From NCBI GenBank assembly GCA_965248755.1, contig OZ252149.1, positions 1,376,001 through 1,440,000 on the forward strand: a DNA stretch of 64,000 nt. The letters run 5' to 3'. The notes beneath the pieces were generated by a model, which worked only from the letters and a program-made list of their open reading frames with translations, made no database searches and was not told where the DNA came from. The number at the start of each line of letters is the position of its first letter. Position 1 is the stretch's first letter. Made by a program: the position numbers and the translations under genes. Source of the DNA: Candidatus Latescibacterota bacterium (lineage in GTDB: Bacteria; Latescibacterota; CBDEFO01). Below, piece by piece: positions 60,234 to 64,000 of the stretch.

Positions 60234-62738
60234 TTACTTAATAACTATCGATTCCCCCGTCTTACCCAGAATCTCGTTTCTCCACGAAGACGTATGCTTC
60301 AAGCTGGAATCTTTCGGAAGCTGAATTCTATAGAGTTCATCCATAGTGCCAGACGTCAGCGCGCTTTCTATTACTTTACCCCAGTAGCACTTTCTTTCAG
60401 GATCAACCTCGCACATACCGTCCAATGTGGTTCCGCCGCAGGGTCCATTTATCAGGCTCTTGTAGCAGCCCCAGGAGGGTTCCGGGCAGATGTACTCCAA
60501 CTCCGCGATGCGGCAATCGCCGCACATCTCACAGCCCAAAGTCTCGGTCTTTATAGCTCTCTCCATAAACTTGACGAATCTGCCCGCTCCGTGGCTTTCC
60601 GACTCTCTCAAAGACCAATCCAAGAATTCATAGCCTATCGCCCCCGGCTCGAAGAATGCCTTGTGGATCAGTTCCATGCTCTTCTTTCGCCCCTCATACG
60701 AACTGCGGTCTGCAACTTGATAGGGTCCATCCTCCAGTAGATTATCGTCCCCTTCCCGAAACAAATAGAATCCCCATGGAGGGGCAAACTCCATCTCTCT
60801 TTTCCCGTCGCCAGCTCTGTACTCCTCGTAGTTCTCCCTCCAGTCCCCTGCGCCTAATTCTTTTGAAAGCTCTATAATCTCAGAAAGATCGTCAAAGTCG
60901 GTGATCCCACCTATATATATGCCTTCGTAATCGAGACCCCTTACTAATATGTCCATAAGCAGAGCAGACCTGCGAAAGCTCATCTTCCTGTCGTACTCGG
61001 CTAACTCCTCGAAGCCCATTCCCTTGATCCTGTCGCTCTCCTCCTTGGCTACGAACCCCCTCCTGTGTTTATTTCTGAGATCGTCCGAGACATGCGCCCC
61101 CGGAATACCGCCTCTATTCAGATACGACGCCGCGTCGGGGGTCAGGACATATACGTTTCCGAAGACAGGGACATCCGATATCCCCGCATTTTTCATATAG
61201 AGCTTAAGCTCGTGAAACTTCTTTACATCGTAGCCCACCTGGGTTATGAAGAACTTACATCCGACCCTCCACTTTTTCCACATCTTGATATACTGGCCCC
61301 AGACATCCGCTTCAGTGTACTTGAACGGCGATACACCCGTCCCGGCAAAGAGATTGCTCAGGGGCTTTTCAATTCTGGGCAGGAAGCTCGGGAAATCGAG
61401 ACCACGGCCAAGACACCTTATGGCTAACAGGAGACCCACAGCGTCTACATCGAACACGGCCTTCCCCGCCTTCGTATAGTCCCCTGTCACCGGGAATATG
61501 TTCTCGATTCCATGTTCATATAAAGATACGATTCTCCTTATTAAGCTGTCCCTGTCCTCGCTCTTGCAGGACATGATAACCATCGGCTGATGCCCCATCA
61601 GTCTGCCTATATCCGAGGCTATCGTGTCCGGATTGGGCTGTCTGTGGCCGCTTGGTGAATCTGTCAGGCTCACCGTAATGTTGGAACCTTTGGCCCTCTC
61701 TGCAAAGGTATAGAGATTATCCAACTCCCCCTCAGAGGGGACCATCTCAACTCCATAGGAGATTTTGCCCTCGGTATATAGATCTCTTTTCAAGAGGTTA
61801 TCTATGAGCTTCCTCGGTTGGCTTCTCTTCCTTCTGGGAGACGACTTGCAGAAGTCGACCAGAGCCGCAAGGGCATCCTCTTCTCCAGAATCTATCACAG
61901 ACCTTATTAGACTCAAAAGTCTTCCATCTACCAGGTCCTTCCCTGTTATCTTAGTTGCGTCCACAAGAGCCGCGTCCAGACCGTACTCCATAGCGACTCT
62001 GAGATAAGCCTTTTCTACGCTCAATCTTCTCGGCAATCCCTCGGAACAGCTAGAAAGATCAAGGGCGACGTGGAGACCCGACATACCTTTATCTTCAACA
62101 ACCATTTTGATTCCCTCAAGGCCCATTCTTGTAAATCCCAGGTAGTCGGCCCCTATGGGACCTATGACAGGATCCAGGAATATCTGGTCTGGACTGAAGC
62201 CCGATTCGGTCGCCCTTTGGAACAGATAAGTTGCAGTTTTGTGATACGATTCTGCCACTGCTATTTCTGTGCGTCCCGACGAACTGCCGTCTATCTTTTC
62301 CAGAAGTGTCCCCATTACCGAAAAGCTATAGCGATCCCTGAGGGATAGAAGGTCCAGGCTCGATATCGAAACAGGTCCCAAAAGTGGTGGGTTTAACGAA
62401 TTTTGGCTGCAGTAGATTTCCAACGCATCTGTGAGAAGATTTACATCTGAGCTTTCAATGTAGAGCGGAGCGGGCTTTGTGACCTGTTTTGTCATATCCA
62501 CAATCTTGGACACCCCTTGAAGGGCGCGCTTTGTCCCCTCTTTTCTATCCGACCTAAACGAGTCCACGTTTACAAGCAGATAATCTGCTCCGGCTTCTAT
62601 CTGTTCGTTTATCACATGCAAAACATGCTTTCTGCCTTCATAGACATCCAATTTATCGTCGCTGAATAGCTTTTCGACAGAATTTCGAACTGCTCTGAGG
62701 CCGCAGTGAAGAGAATTACCGATTTTTATAAGAGGCAT
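60234..62738 (-). CDS. Fusion protein: pterin-binding (MetH/AcsE-like) + methylenetetrahydrofolate reductase (MetF) + Cys-rich MetV-like domain
   Basis: IFLDPVIGPI and GLDAALVD; then VTGDY and FFITQVGYD; then CEMCGDC...CP...C.KSLINGPCGG...CEV...CYW. Confidence 0.8.
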   Translation of the reverse strand: MPLIKIGNSLHCGLRAVRNSVEKLFSDDKLDVYEGRKHVLHVINEQIEAGADYLLVNVDSFRSDRKEGTKRALQGVSKIVDMTKQVTKPAPLYIESSDVNLLTDALEIYCSQNSLNPPLLGPVSISSLDLLSLRDRYSFSVMGTLLEKIDGSSSGRTEIAVAESYHKTATYLFQRATESGFSPDQIFLDPVIGPIGADYLGFTRMGLEGIKMVVEDKGMSGLHVALDLSSCSEGLPRRLSVEKAYLRVAMEYGLDAALVDATKITGKDLVDGRLLSLIRSVIDSGEEDALAALVDFCKSSPRRKRSQPRKLIDNLLKRDLYTEGKISYGVEMVPSEGELDNLYTFAERAKGSNITVSLTDSPSGHRQPNPDTIASDIGRLMGHQPMVIMSCKSEDRDSLIRRIVSLYEHGIENIFPVTGDYTKAGKAVFDVDAVGLLLAIRCLGRGLDFPSFLPRIEKPLSNLFAGTGVSPFKYTEADVWGQYIKMWKKWRVGCKFFITQVGYDVKKFHELKLYMKNAGISDVPVFGNVYVLTPDAASYLNRGGIPGAHVSDDLRNKHRRGFVAKEESDRIKGMGFEELAEYDRKMSFRRSALLMDILVRGLDYEGIYIGGITDFDDLSEIIELSKELGAGDWRENYEEYRAGDGKREMEFAPPWGFYLFREGDDNLLEDGPYQVADRSSYEGRKKSMELIHKAFFEPGAIGYEFLDWSLRESESHGAGRFVKFMERAIKTETLGCEMCGDCRIAELEYICPEPSWGCYKSLINGPCGGTTLDGMCEVDPERKCYWGKVIESALTSGTMDELYRIQLPKDSSLKHTSSWRNEILGKTGESIVIK

Positions 62739-62940
62739 CTGGAGTCCCTTTGCTTCTATTTACACGGACCGCTTTTTTGCCTGCTGAGAATTTCTGATCC
62801 GATGTTGGTACAAAAAAATATATGCAACACAACTTTGAAAGTCAATATATAAGTGATACCATTCACGTCATTTTGAACCGAATTACGATCGAATATCCAA
62901 TGTTATAGGCGGAAAAAATATCAAACTATTCAAAAAATAC

Positions 62941-62969
62941 TTGACATATACAGTTAAGTAGCTTATCTT
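62941..62969 (+). promoter_or_regulatory. Sigma70-type promoter of the csp gene
   Basis: TTGACA-17 bp-TATCTT. Confidence 0.7.
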
Positions 62970-63088
62970 ACTGTACGCTTTCAGCGGTTGGAGCAAGGTC
63001 TTGTCTGAATCGATTTTAGTGAGGACAGGATTGGCAAGAGTTCATAAGCTCCATCCTTGAAATTCCAAGTAAAAAGGGGGTGATTTAT

Positions 63089-63292
63089 GTGCCTATCGGT
63101 AGGGTGAAGTGGTTCAATGATAGCAAAGGTTACGGCTTCATTGAACAGGATAATGGAGAAGATGTTTTTGTCCATTTCTCAGCTATTGAGCAGGACGGAT
63201 TCAAGACTCTAAGCGAAGGACAAGAAGTCGAGTTTGAGATCGTACAAGGTCCCAAAGGGCTCCAAGCGTCTAATGTAGTCAAACCCGCATAG
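63089..63292 (+). CDS. Cold-shock protein (CspA family)
   Basis: VKWFN..KGYGFI (RNP1) and VFVHFSAI (RNP2). GTG start after AGGGGGTG. Confidence 0.97.
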   Translation: MPIGRVKWFNDSKGYGFIEQDNGEDVFVHFSAIEQDGFKTLSEGQEVEFEIVQGPKGLQASNVVKPA

Positions 63293-63309
63293 GATTTGAA
63301 TTAGCCTTA

Positions 63310-63620
63310 TTGAGAGGATAACACTGTTTCATAAAGTGGTATCGACCAAACCTGAAGAGGTTGCTTGATAAGGTCTCCACCATAAAGCTGCTGTCACAGA
63401 TGGTGAGAGAAAGCTTTGTGGAACGTCTACTCTTATAGAGAACTGAGCACGGCTGCACGACCTTGAAAAATTGTGTAGCGATGCTTACAAAAGTAGCAGA
63501 AAAGCCGGTGAGAGATCGGCAGGTCAGAAGTGGTCGTTACTGCAAAATCATCGTGTAACCGACATTTGATGAAATTCAGACTGAAGGAACGCGGCCTTAG
63601 CATCTGGCATTCATAAATTC
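63310..63620 (+). ncRNA. Candidate large structured non-coding RNA downstream of csp
   Basis: At least eight hairpins plus long-range and pseudoknot pairings found by eye, no plus-strand ORF, and an intrinsic terminator directly after. Confidence 0.65.
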
Positions 63621-63621
63621 T

Positions 63622-63657
63622 TCCCCGTTCAGGATAATTCCGGACGGGGATTTTTTT
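63622..63657 (+). terminator. Rho-independent terminator
   Basis: TCCCCGTTCAGGA-TAAT-TCCGGACGGGGA-TTTTTTT. Confidence 0.85.
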
Positions 63658-63868
63658 GTGCTCAGGATGACCGATCTGGATAGGAGTTTTGCCCTTTAGA
63701 GCGGCAAGGTCATCGTGAAGAAGAAAAGGTGCTACAGCTGGTTTCCCAGCGATCGTACCACCTTCCTGATGGTCAGTTGACGGTAGGTTGTCAGGCCTCA
63801 ACCTCTGCCAATCATTTGGGAATAGGTTGAGTAGTCTTTGTGTCAAAGGACTACGGATCAACTTAGAA

Positions 63869-64000
63869 TCACTCAGACGATCCGACACTGACTGACAATT
63901 GCCCGTCAAAGACGTCCGGCCAGAGGATGAGCCGATCCTGCGGGATAGTGCGCGATGCGAGTTTCCTGGCAGTGAGGTTTTCGTGGTATGAGTTTTGGAA
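63869..64000 (-). CDS. Possible C-terminal end of a gene entering from beyond the window
   Basis: Open frame FQNSYHENLTARKLASRTIPQDRLILWPDVFDGQLSVSVGSSE*, convergent on the terminator region. Confidence 0.35.
   Translation of the reverse strand, partial: FQNSYHENLTARKLASRTIPQDRLILWPDVFDGQLSVSVGSSE

Noticed and set aside
2334..62348. Numerous short ORFs antisense to or nested in the long genes
   Set aside because: They are shadows of well-supported genes, and their duplication simply mirrors the tandem paralogues.
63433..63909. 158-aa minus-strand ORF
   Set aside because: No motifs, TTG start without an RBS, and it runs antisense through a clear terminator and the structured RNA candidate. 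Treated as a shadow ORF.
1..64000. CRISPR array, cas genes, rRNA, prophage, integron integrase, reverse transcriptase
   Set aside because: No regularly spaced repeat-spacer array and no ORF with the relevant motifs were seen.

Overview
Bacterial chromosomal window of roughly 50% GC, with most genes on the minus strand. The gene content (DUF6785/DUF6784-type membrane proteins, BNR/sialidase-like proteins, PhyH-like dioxygenases, CBM9/DOMON-like secreted protein, HprK plus outer-membrane barrel) suggests an FCB-group organism such as Ca. Latescibacterota; this is inference only. Housekeeping blocks: ExbB/TolQ-like, TonB-receptor-like barrel, TPR and trxA (1-6 kb); hprK, hpf, holA, HU-TPR, purM and an aminotransferase (31-42 kb); rlpA, pyrD, pyrK (48-50 kb); tRNA-Pro, comEC, a pterin-binding/MetF/MetV fusion and csp (57-63 kb). 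These alternate with accessory, heavily decayed catabolic regions (7-30, 43-47 and 50-57 kb). Most notable items not shown by the ORF track: (1) a ~300-nt highly structured non-coding segment, with predicted pseudoknots, between a cold-shock protein gene and its terminator, a candidate large ncRNA; (2) two integrase-less integron cassette loci, one a two-cassette array and one a single cassette carrying a CAP12-type TIR protein; (3) two PhyH-family enzymes with HxG in place of the HxD iron motif, as in Fe/2OG halogenases; (4) a TGTTAA-N5-TTAACA promoter/operator repeated before four catabolic genes; (5) two MITEs with TTAG/CTAA target duplications, CGTC-type REPs and a ~22-bp self-nesting mini-hairpin that also sits inside coding sequence; (6) a 2.7-kb integrase-less island at tRNA-Pro. 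A 16-nt Nextera/Tn5 mosaic-end match at 26473 and single-base frameshifts in hpf and the TIR gene warn of possible assembly artefacts. All product calls come from motif recognition by eye, not database searches.
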